Of a stretch of 64,000 nt of DNA, positions 27,242-39,400 are shown in pieces. Every line of letters begins with the position of its first letter. The stretch's first letter is position 1. The notes under the pieces were generated by a model. That model was given only the letters and a program-made list of their open reading frames with translations. It had not been told where the DNA came from and did no database searches. This DNA comes from Minisyncoccia bacterium (GTDB lineage: Bacteria; Patescibacteriota; Minisyncoccia; Phycocordibacterales; UBA918), in contig JBKJIT010000004.1 of the NCBI GenBank assembly GCA_046598345.1, forward strand, positions 265,226-329,225, read 5' to 3'. The translations under genes were made by a program, and so were the position numbers.

Positions 27242-27301
27242 GTAATTAGTGTATCACCTACATGTTTCCCTCCTTTCTTCCGTTATTAACATCAACTTGA
27301 T

Positions 27302-27420
27302 TGAGAATGAGAATGCCTGAGATACAAGGCACTGAGCCACGATGATATGAGGCGTACTCTTTGTACGATGAATGTCATCGTGGCGAAAGTAACGCCGTAG
27401 ATTAGGCATTATCACTCTCA
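27302..27420 (+). repeat. Hairpin family A copy
   Basis: Same loops as 25573-25693 with compensatory stems (CCACGATGATAT/ATGTCATCGTGG); overlaps the TGA of the giant gene. Confidence 0.85.
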
Positions 27421-30400
27421 ATCACCGATGGCGTAGAAGATGTTCGTTCCGGTGTGTGCAACTCCAGCCACCCCCGACGGAATTGCAATACCCCAGTAGA
27501 GACGATCAGTAATGAGTGGAGTGGTGGACGTCGGTTTTGGTAGATTCAGTTCGTAGTTAACCGCTGATGTTGTGAGTTGCGTACAGTACACACAGGCACT
27601 GTATGTGAAGGTAGAGGTAGCATACTTTTCCTGTGTCGCAGGAATAACCGACGAAGCACCATCCGTGAGATCGGTACCTTGAATGGATACGTCAAGTGCA
27701 TCATTTCCAATATTTTCTACTGTCGTCGACGCATTGGTTGCACCTGTGTCACTATTCACCTCAAGAGCACCATATCCGATTGTACTATTAACGCTGATTG
27801 CGCGGAGCGTGAGGAGATCAATCGATGGTGCAGTTCCTGATGCTGTGGAGCCGCCGTCGTCACTCACACTCAGAGTTGCACGCCATGTTTCTCCCGCATA
27901 GGTACCAATGTCAGTTGGATCAGTATGATAGTAGAAATCAGCTGAGCAACTAACGTCACAAGAATTACCTGCACAATTACTAAACGTGCACTGCGCAGGT
28001 GCTGCGATATAGCAGTTGTTTGTGTTTGCGCTACATGAAGCCCCAACCCCGGAACGGTAGAACGTTGTTGTTGCAACATTAAGATCAGCATATCCGTTTT
28101 GATCAGTAACGGTACCGGTAGCAGTAATGGTTGAGGTTGCTCCGGGACTAAGGCTGATATCCATTCCAGCGTTCAATGAAAGTGACGTCACTGTTGGTAC
28201 AAAGACGAGTTCAAGCTCCGCAACACGTACGTACGAATCAATGGGACTACCACCGTCGCTTACACGGAGGCAGTAGTTTGAATCAGTTACATCAGTAGTC
28301 GAGGTGATTGCATACTCAACTTCTGTGTACTGGTTGGCGCCAACTCCAAAGCTTTGCGTGGAATTTGATGGATCCTCAATAATTTGTCCGGTAGTGAATG
28401 TTCCTGTGCCACCCAACACGTCCGTTGTCGAGGCCTGGTTCGCAAATTGGGAAGAGGAGACCATGCAGATTGGAGATCCGGTACAACTTGCCTGCACAGG
28501 TACGCTCGCATATGACGCAGAGGAAACAGATTCGCAACTTGGTGCATTACCTTTTGCTGCATACTCAAGCCGATACTGATCAGTGATAGCGAGTCCAGTG
28601 TTTTCAATGAGGAAACGCGGGCGCACGGTAGTATTTGCACTTATCCCAGAGGCCTTGGTGTTCAGCGCCGCAAACCAAGATGCACCTCCTGAGACTTGCT
28701 CGTATCCAAGTGTAGTTGTTGGTTCCGTTCCAAGAAGTGTTCTAGCAGAGTACACATCCCACGCACCGTGCTGCTCCCAGAAGGTAAAGCCGGTACCTCC
28801 AGTTGTGTAGGTGCCGTCTGTCACTGAAGTGGTAGCAACGAGTGCTCCATCTTTATAAAGGAACACTGCGATAGTGTCGTCAGTATCCCATTCAACCTCT
28901 ACCTCATACCATCCCGTTGCATACGTGAGTGTTGAGGATGCGAGCTGTGTTGTACCGGTATCACTATCGTTGTCGTACACGTCACGAGAGATCGAGATTC
29001 TATCAACACCGAACTGCTCGAGACATATACCATAGTTATCATGGAGCGTACCAGGAGACTGTACCCCAAAGAGCGTACACGTTTCGTCTCCGCTTGCTGG
29101 TGCAGATGTGTCTACGTACTTCATGAAGCGAAGCTTACTTCCCTGTGCGACCGAAGCATCAAAACGATGGATACCATGAGTGGTACGATCTCCCACCGTT
29201 ACTGCCTTTAGTCCATATGATCCCTGGTACGCAAGTGCAACACTAGTCGTGAACTTACTTGTATCATTCGCATACTCCGTGATGTTGTTATCTTCAAAAT
29301 CATCGTATGCAACAAACGTTGTGGTACCAACACCCCCGTCCGAGACTCCTCCATTTCCGTAGTACATGTAGAGTGTTGTGTTCGCGGAAGCAGTAAGTGA
29401 TGGAATTTTTACCCAGACAGTCGCTTCTGTGCTTGCGGTGTACGCGTCACGCACATAACTGAGCGTTGTTGTACCACTCGAATCCGTAAATCGAAGGTCG
29501 TCAAAGTCTGTCTGCATATCACCGTCGTATGGGATATCTACTTTCACCACCGCATTGGTATACGTCGTCGCATCCGCATTCACAACCGTGACACGCTTAC
29601 GTTTTGACCAGTTTTGGTCATACCACTCACTATTTGGTACACTCTCCCCCCCGTTATCATTTCGCCAGCGATACCCGGCCTGCTGGGTCAGGAGACACGT
29701 ACTGTCAGACCAGCGAATGGATCCGCATGCTGTAGCACCATCCACGTCGTACGCCTCACCTGCGAGATTGCCGCGGTGCGTCGTAAACGTCCACGCTGAA
29801 GGTGTGGTGCCCGTAAGTGTGATGTTTGTTCCGGAAATAGCAGTTGTGGTTGCAAAGCGCACACCAGTTATGACTTGGGATGCATTGTAGTTTACGGTCG
29901 TAGAGCTTACCGTAAGAAGTGTTCCGCCGTTTTGATCAAGTTCAAAATCTCCGTTCGACAATGAGGTAATTGTGGTATTTCCGGTGAGTGTTAGCCCATT
30001 CGGATTGAGATTCCTAAAGGCATAATTAAGTGCATTGAGCGTTCCACTATCCATTCGAATACTGTACGTACCACTTCCTTGGTTACGAACAGTCGTTGTA
30101 GCACCTGACCCTCCAAGCATATGAAGCGTGCTGCCGGTAAAGGTGGTCGTCGCGCCATTTGCAATTCGCACGGTGACTACACGTTCTGTACCTCCAAGTG
30201 CAGTCCCGTCGAAATCAGTTGCGTAGCTCCAATAATCGGTTCCCGTCGTGCGCTCATACTGACCATAGATGTTGAGCTCTCCGTTAACGGCAGCATGATC
30301 CTGTGAATACAGTGAGCTTAGGCTATCTTCCACTGTGGTGGTTGCCTGGCTATTCCATGTGCGAAGATCAGTATTATTTCCAATAAGGAGAATATTGTAA

Positions 30401-33400
30401 GATGTTCCTCCTGCAATACTCGTATTAATGGTATACGGCAGACCAGTTGTGATGCGGAGTGTGCTTCCCGTCCACGTACCTCCAACAAGGTTCGTAAACA
30501 CACCCTGCACGGTAAGCCGGACGCCGGAGCCAAGAGTAAAGGTACTTGCGCTCGTCAGTGAGAAGTTCGACGTGGTTGTTGCGTTATTCGTAATCGTATA
30601 GCCTCCACTTGGAGCTGCAATTGAAACAACGTTGAACGTCGAGCTTCCTGGATTAATGGTTTCACCCACATCGCTGGAGTTGAAAAGGATCGTGCCACTT
30701 GCGCTATTAAATGCTCCACCGAGATTGAGGAACGAACCACCAATAGCCATGGTCCCGGTCGCCAATGTTGCAGTTCCCTGTTCAATGCGTAGTGTTCCAA
30801 GGAGGTCCACATTTGTGTCAGTGAAAAGGTATTTTCCAAGTCCTGCAAAGGTTACTGAATATAGATCAGAGGTTGACGCCGTTACGCTTGTCGTCCCCGT
30901 ACCGGAAGCATTGAGGCGCAATGTTCCACTATTGTGCGTAAAGGTACCTGCAGTAATGAAGTCACCGCCAATCGCGAGGGTTCCACTTGGTGCGGTTACA
31001 GTACCTGAGAGAATGGTGTAATGCTGTGTTGAGGTTGCGTTCAAATCCTGGTACGTCCAACTACCACTTCCTGCAAAGGTCGTTGTACCAAAATTCGAAC
31101 CATTAGTCCTAATAGTTTCTGCGGCAGCACTCGTGAAGCGCATATGTCCACCATTTTGGATAAATGTCCCGCCTGTATTACTGAGTGAACCTAAAATTGT
31201 TGTCGTACCTGTAGGTAAAGTGAGTGTTCCCTGTGTAATGGTGAGATCATTCGCAAGATCGAGCGCCGCATTTGTAACGGTCCAACTTCCAGAGCCATTT
31301 AGAGTAAGGTTGTAGAGTGCATACTCATTGGTATCGATCGTGCGCGCTGCCCCATTCGTCGTAAACGTAAATGTAGAAGTCTCGTCATCAATAGATGCCC
31401 CACTACCACTTATGAGGCTTCCTCCAATTGAGTGGATCTCGCTTAGGGTTGCGTCAAACACCGCATTCGTGAAAAGTTCAAGCGTACCATCATAAGGAGC
31501 TCCCGCACCTCCACCCGAAAGGGTGACGTTTCCATCGGGTCTAAACGTCTTTCCATTCCAAACAATAAGTTTTCGATCTGCAGGGAGCGTGAGTGTATCT
31601 GACCCAGCATCCACCGCAGTGAACGGTATGTCAGCGTCATCAGACGAATCCCAGACCGCCATATCAGCAATGGAAAGTGGGTCGGTATCCTCGTGACGCA
31701 CGATAATCCTATTTTCATAGAGATCCATATTGGCAACACTTGAAATCAAATCCTCCGAAACTACTGCTGCCTTTTCCGATTCTCCATCAATATAGACAAT
31801 GAGCGAATCACCAGGGCTGTACGTTACACCAGGGATTGAATACAGCCCACTGCCTCCATTGCAGCTCGTCGTGAAGCTCGTGAGCCCCGCCACACGTAGG
31901 TGAATATTTGCCGTGCTGCCATCACATACCGTTGACACCGTAGAACCTTCGTCGCTGTACACGCGACCTGAAATGGTGACTGCGGCAGCACTATCGTCCC
32001 ACACCACATATCCCGGGTCACCATCAGGGTCAACGTCGTATGATTCTCCGTCAATCGATCCACTATGGTTCGTGAAGCGCCATGAGGAAACTGATGTTCC
32101 TGTTGCAGTGACGTTGAATGCTGAAATGCCCGTTGAGGTACCAAACGTATTATTCGTAAATGTCTTCGCAGGATTTTGATTAATGACATTTCCACCCACG
32201 GTAATCGCACTACCTCCACTTTGCGAAACTACAAAGTCTCCGTAGGAGAGACTTACGATGTTTGGTGTTCCGGAGAAGACAAGGCCAGACGCATTAAGAT
32301 TTCGCGTCTCGTAATAGGACATGGTGGTCGATGCGCTGCCCCCGACGCGGAATCCATATGTGCCAGCACCCTGGTTTTGAAGTGTGGTTGAAGCACCGGA
32401 AATTCCCAGTACGCTCAATCCTCCACCCGTATACAGTGCGCTTGAACTGGACGCGAAGTACACATCCACCTTTCGGCTACTGCCTCCAAGTACTGTTCCA
32501 TCAAAGTCAGTTGCGTAGCTCCAATAATCGGTTCCCGAAGTCTTTGCGTAGCTTCCATATATATAGAGTGCGCCATTCACGTTTGCGTGATCCTGTGAAT
32601 ACAGAGACCCAGTGCTTGCTACGGTGGTAGTACCGGCACTCGAGTTCCACATTCGAATTTGTGTAGTTCCACTTATGGTAAGGGTACCGTACGTATCAAT
32701 CACCGACGAAGTGTTAATTTGGTAGTTCCCTCCGCCGTAGAGATGTAATGCAGAATTTGTCCATGTTGTAGCAGCACCACCCAGGCTGTTAGTGAATGTT
32801 CCCCCGACCGCGAGTGTGGCGGCGGGATCAACTGTAAAGCTTGTTGCATTCGTCAGTGTAAACGCTGTTGTTGCGGTCGCGTGTTCAGAAATACTCCAAG
32901 TGCCAGCAGCGTTTATTGTTACGTTACTGAACGAGGAATTTCCTGCTGCGATAGTTTTCGTGCCGACTGAGTCAAAGGTTACGGTACCGCCACTTCCCGT
33001 GAAGGTGCCATTATTGTCCCAACTTCCTCCCACCATAAAGGATGCGCTGTCACTTCCAATAAGCGTACCAAACGATCCGATTGTTACATTTCCGTTTACG
33101 TCGAGAGCGGTGTCATTCGTCGTAACTGTAAGTGTTGACGTTGCTCCCGCGCCCACTGTGAGATTATTCAAAACCACAATTCCGAGACCCGTAGTGGTAA
33201 AGGTTGGCGAACTACCCTGTGCATTCACATCTACATTGTAGTAATTGGTGGAGAGTACGTTTGAACCTGCAGTCCCGCTGTAGCGCACCGTGCTTGTACC
33301 TTCAACAAAACTTCCAGTTTCTACAAACACCGTACCTGCTCCCTGAAGATTCAAAACTCCACCCCCGGGTACAAAGAAGTGCGCATTTCCGATCGTCAGT

Positions 33401-36400
33401 TTGCCTAATATGGTAGTCGTCGCTGTGGTTGCAGAGGTCGTCGTGCCTACTGATGTCCCATTCCCGAGGACCAAGTTTCCAAAAGTCCATGCCTGTGATC
33501 CTCCGAGCGTATTCGTACTCGCGATTGTAGTCGTACCACTACCGAGCGAGAGGAGTCCATTGCCGTAGAGTGATCCATTCGCAAGCGAAATATTTCCTGT
33601 GCCGGTGACCGTTCCTGTTGATACATATATATTCGCCGTTGCAGATGCATTACCGTTTATGTTCCAGGCGCCTCCAACGCCAGTAAAGTCGAGTTCATTA
33701 AATCGTACCGTCTCACTATTTTCTGTCGAAATCGTTTTACCGCTCGTCGTTGCTGTCATTATGATCGTCGTCGACGCAGGCACGTAGGTAGCATTAATGT
33801 CCTGGAATATTGAACCGCCGATACTGTACGTAGTTGTACCTGCTCCCGTGAAGATTGACGCATTGTCCAAATGGAGTGAACCGTCATAACTTGTTCCTGT
33901 ACCTCCACTTGTAAGTGTTACGGTTCCTCCTGGTGTAAAGGTGGTTGTCGCCCACACATGAAGCTCAGTATTGGCCTGAACGAGGAGTGAGTTCGGTGAG
34001 CCGGTCGCTGCAGTGAACGGAACGTCACTGTCGTCCGTACTGTCATAGAGCGCCATGTCAGCGATGGTCATCGCATCGACATCTTCATGGCGGACAATGA
34101 CTCTATTAACCATGAGGTTGAGATCACTGATGTCTGCAGTAGGAGTCTTCGTAACGGCAACGGCACGCTCGCCGTTACTTGCGCCATTTAGGAAAACGGT
34201 AAGTGTAGGATTTCCAATGACAACCACTCCAGGAATACTGTAGACTCCACTTCCGTTACATGCACCGTCATACGTGCCGCCGTTTGAAACGACCACGCGC
34301 ACTGGAGTACCCACCCCACACGTCGGTGCACCGAGTGGAGTTGTTTCATCAGCACCATACACCGTACCCGAAACGGTGATCGTGAGGGAACTGTCGTCCC
34401 ATCGAATTGAGCCAGGATCACCCGTGTCATTATCAAACGCTTCCCCATCAATATTCCCGGATGACTCTCTGAACCACCAATATGTTGTCGGCGTGCCATC
34501 TGTTTGCGTAATGTTTGTAGCAGCAATTGCTGTTGTCGTAGAAAAGTTCACACGATAGATTTGGAGTTCCGCATTTGCGTTTACGGTAGTAGATGACACG
34601 GTGATGCCCGTGCCCGCAGCAATGCCCGGAATAATCTCCCCATCTGATAACGCACTTACATGCGTCGTACCACTGAGTGAAATGCCACTCGCTCCTAAAT
34701 TACTGAAGCTATAGAATGCAGCGGAGGTAGTGCCGTTTGCCACACCGATCGTGTAGGTGCCACTTCCTTGGTTTGCAATACTTGTCGTCGCAGTCGATGT
34801 CCCCGTTATCGACAGTGTGCTTCCAGTGAAAAGTGCTGAAGAGCTACTTGCAAATCGAACGCGCGCTATTCGGGTAGAACCCAGAAGTGAGGTGCCATCG
34901 AAATCAGTTGGTGCACTCCAATACTCTGTGCCACTTGTACGTTCATATCCGCCAAAGATGTATAGATCTCCATCAATGCCATTATGATCTTGCGAATAGA
35001 GCGAACCTGTACTGTCGACGGTATAGGTAGAGGAAGTGGAATTCCACATACGTATATCGGTATTTGCACGAAGGCGGAGTGTGCCGTAGGCATCTCCTAA
35101 GGTATTCTTCGTATTCAAGCTGTACGCTCCCGCCTCAAGTGAGAGTGTTGAACCACTCCAGGTGGTGGAAGCTCCCCCCACGCTATTCGTAAACGTACCA
35201 AAAACAGCAAGTGTTGCTCCGGACGACAGCGTGAACGCTGATGAGGTTGCAAGCGTGAAATTATTTGAGGTCGTTGCGTGCGAAGCTACGGTGAAGCCGC
35301 CGCCCACACCATTAATTGTGACGTTGTAGAGATTTGAATTACCGGTGGTTAAGGTCTTCCCGAGACTCGTTGCGTTAAAGAGCACCGTTCCACTGTTGTG
35401 GGTGGTCGTCGCAGCATTTGTAAATGATCCTCCAAGGGTGAGTGTTCCCCCAGGGAGCGTTACTGTTCCTCCGGAAACAGTAAGATCTCCAACTGCAGTA
35501 ACGTTCGTGTCTACAAATGACCAACCGCCAGAACCAGTGAATAGCAGTGAACTAAACGAAGAATTTGTATCAATGGTTTTTGTGGTCGCACTGGTAAATC
35601 TAACCGTACCACTGTTGTGAGTAAACGTACCCGCAGAGTTCGTGAAATGACCACCAATAGAGAGCTGAGCTGAAGGGAGTGTGACACTCCCCTGCGTAAG
35701 AACAAAATCATTTGAAGTTGTTGCGCTTGTATCAAGGAAGGACCAACTGCCACTTCCCGTGAAACGAAGATTGTAGAAAGCGTTCGTGAATACAGTTCCG
35801 CTCGCAGCAATAGTTTCTGCAGTTCCTGCCGTCATGTACACGAGCGCGTTATTGTGTGCAAATGTGCCCCCAACACTATTCCAAGAACCAGCAAGCGTTG
35901 TAGTGCCAGTTGGCATGGTGACCGTTCCTGTTGCAATCGTAAGGTCATTCGAAATCGTGAGATCTGCTTCAGTAAACGCCCACGCACCGCCTTGACCGAT
36001 GAAGTTCAGATTGTAGAAGGCATCTCCACCTGCCGTAATAACTCGATTTGTCGTCGTGGCATCAAAATATACCGTACCACTTCTGGCGACAAACGTGTTG
36101 TGATTAACCCAGTCACTCATCACTGTTGTGTTGTAATTGCCCGTTGTTACATCAAAAATGTCGTCTACTCCAATCGTAATGGATTGTGCTTTCACATTGG
36201 TGAGTAGTGCCAGAGTTTTTGATGTTCCGTCAATTACTACCCTACCGATATTCTGCAGTGTGGCATTTGCGTCGCTCCAATTTGATGTGCCACTACCGTC
36301 AAAAGTGGTGGTTCCTAATCCCGTCCAGATACCATTGATTGCATTTGAAAGTGAACCGCCAACAGTGATTCCTACTGTACCTCGCGCGAGTGTTCCCCTC

Positions 36401-39400
36401 GTGACCGTAAGCGCATTATTTACATCAAGAGGTGTAATCAGATTCCATGTTGCAGCACCAGTAGTTGTCCCAAAGGTAAGATTATAAAAGGATGGAGAAA
36501 GTGCCCCAGTCTCATCAATTGATTCTGTTGTTGAAGTCGCCGTAAAGATGACAGTGGAGGTACCTGCAGTTAATGTGGCGTTGTTGTCCCATGAACGTGT
36601 AACGTACATCGTATTTCCATCAAGTGTTGTAGTGCCGTTGTTTTCAAAGTAGTTAACATCAACTGTGCCCCCTGGCCGATATGTAGAACTTGCCATAACA
36701 TACAATTCCGCAGTACCGCACGTAGTCTCCACACACATGTCTAGAATTGTACCGGTTCCATCAAAGAAGAGATCTTCGTCATTCGTAGCATCATACAAAG
36801 CGATCTGCGCATTAGTAAATGCAGTTGTCGTCGCGTCATTTGAGCCAAGGGTGAGATGTTGCTCATAGAGACGCATACCTGACATATCTCCAACGCCATC
36901 ATAATGTGCAACAGAAACCGCTTCATTCACTTCATTTGCACCATTTACGAATACAGTGACCACATCTCCAGGAGACGCATTTACATTAGGAATTGACCAA
37001 GCTCCAGCTGCAATTGTGCCGGTCTTGCCAATTTGCAATGACCCGTTTAGTGCCACCGCTACTGATCCTGCGGTTACATTTGTTGACTGATCGTACGCCT
37101 GAGCAGTCCCAGAGAGAGCAATCCCAGCAGACCAGGTAATAGTCCAATCAGAAAGTGTAGGACATGTGCCACCACTACAACTCATATTTGCTAAGGGTCG
37201 TATGAGACTGTATGTGGAAACCGGAAGCACGTTGGTTAGATTGATAGGACTTATCGTTGTGCCTACTGAATTTCCTGGAATGAGTGAGTCTGGTATAAGC
37301 TTCCAGCTGCTTGACGCTGTGTCGTAGTATTCCACCTGGTGCAAAATGCTCGAACCGCCGGGCTCACTATCAATCCATGACATTTGTTGGAAATACGGAC
37401 CAGAGCCATCATAGAAATTGATCTCTGTTCCCACAACAGTTCCACTCGTCACGGGATTTTTCGCCGTAATCATAAACGGCTCCTTAAAAGGAACTGCGCC
37501 CGCGGCACCGTTTGTCTCAAGCGTTTGCGCTGGAGCCCACCAGTCGCTACTCGTTGAATAGGTAAAATCATAGCGATCAGTTGAGGTCGCATACGACATC
37601 ACCTGGATAGTGTTGTCTCCTGTACGTCTTGCTTGTACGCGAGGACCTTTTCCTGTTGTGGTTGCCGTTACTTCCCCGAGCCACGCTACGCCATCCCACG
37701 TACGCGACTGAATGTTTGTTGTGTCACTATATACCGCCCGTATGTATCCATCTCGCGAACCTCCTACTTCAAAAATACAATCAATAGGACGATCTTCATA
37801 GATATTACCAGCAGTAAGGCCGGCTGTTTCAAGTTCAATCTGACCGGTAAATGCAGCGCCTGTCCAGCGAACTGCTCCTATGTCTCCATCTTGGTCGACG
37901 TAACATAATGCCATGTTGTCACTGCCATCATCAGCAGCCATGGAGCCGGCTTCAAAATCATCTCCCAACGCAACGGTTGCTGTGGCCGTCCACGCAGAGC
38001 CATTCCACGCACTCCAGGCAAAGCTTGCAGCTGTACCATTTGATACTGCGATGACTGCCTGTCCCCCGCTCTCCTCATATTCTGCAGCAATACCTTCATG
38101 GTTGGCCTGATTCATAGACCCCAGTCGAGCAGAGTTTCCCCATGCAGAGCCAGTCCACACGCGGGCCTCATACCCAGCACCACTCGTGTCCCTGGTTACT
38201 GCAATAATTTCATCCGAGGTTGGATCAGAAATAAGCTTTATCCATCCGCAGGTGTTACCGTTCACAAGTCCAATGGTTGCACCTCCCAGTGTCCAACTCG
38301 CGCCATCCCATATCCAATAACTTGGGTTGCTATCCCCATCGCAGGTAACAACGAGCGCATCTCCCGATGTTTGTTCATACGCAATATCAAACCCACGCAT
38401 GTTCGTGTTTGATAATGCATTTGTAACTTCCTGAAGATCTCCCCAACTACCATTCTGATACACCTGTATATTCACATCCCCATCAGTGCCTACCGTTCCC
38501 AAGAGATACTCGTTTTCACTTGGTGCTGAACGTGTAACGACCCAGGTGATAGCAGCACCAACATCAAGCGCGCTGGCCTCTGCCGACCAGGAAGACCCAC
38601 TCCAGACACGGTACTGCGGAGTTGTCAGTAATCCTTCTGCGTATGCAATGAGCGATTCAGTTGATGTCGTTGCTACAGTTACCGTGTTTCCTGCTTGCGT
38701 AATTGCACCAGAAAGTACATCCGTATCAAACTGTGATTGGGTAGTTTGGAACCAAGTTGAAACGGTCACGCTCGTATCAACGGTAATACTTTGTGGATCG
38801 GTATAAAAGGAATACTCATTACTACTGAGCGGATCTTTCGCTCGGATACGCCACCAATACGTAGAACCGTTCGTGAGTGCATCTCCAGATTGCAACGTGA
38901 ATTGGATAGTGTTTCCAGAGGTAAATGGATTTAGATCAGCTCCATTCGTGATATTCACAAATCCGAGACTGGAAGACGAGTTACGTGTGGTAGATGCAGT
39001 AAAGGTGTACGTGGTTGACCACTGAATCTCGTATTCAAGATCATCGCTTTGCGGGTCAGTGGTTACGAATTCAAACGTTGGCGTAGTGGTACTAACTTTT
39101 TCATTATCAAAAGGAGCATTGATGGTCGGTGTCTCAATGCGATAGCCCCATGAAAGTGTCCAATCGGAAAGCGTTGGAGACCCACCGGAATTCGTAAACA
39201 CAGCAACAATTCGGATAATTCGGTATGTCGAGACATCCATCGAAAGAAGGCTCACACCCGACGTGTCGAAGCCAGTGCTATTCCCCGTGAGCGCAGTGTC
39301 TGGCACATTAATCCACGTCGCTGATGCATCACTATAGTACTGGATGCGGTATTTGATATCTCCAACTGTTTCGTTATCGACGAAGGAAAGTGACCCCCAC

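Noticed and set aside
23941-27420. Integron attC sites
   Set aside because: No consistent RYYYAAC/GTTRRRY ends and no intI, and the flanking genes are large locus genes. Kept only as an unclassified hairpin family.
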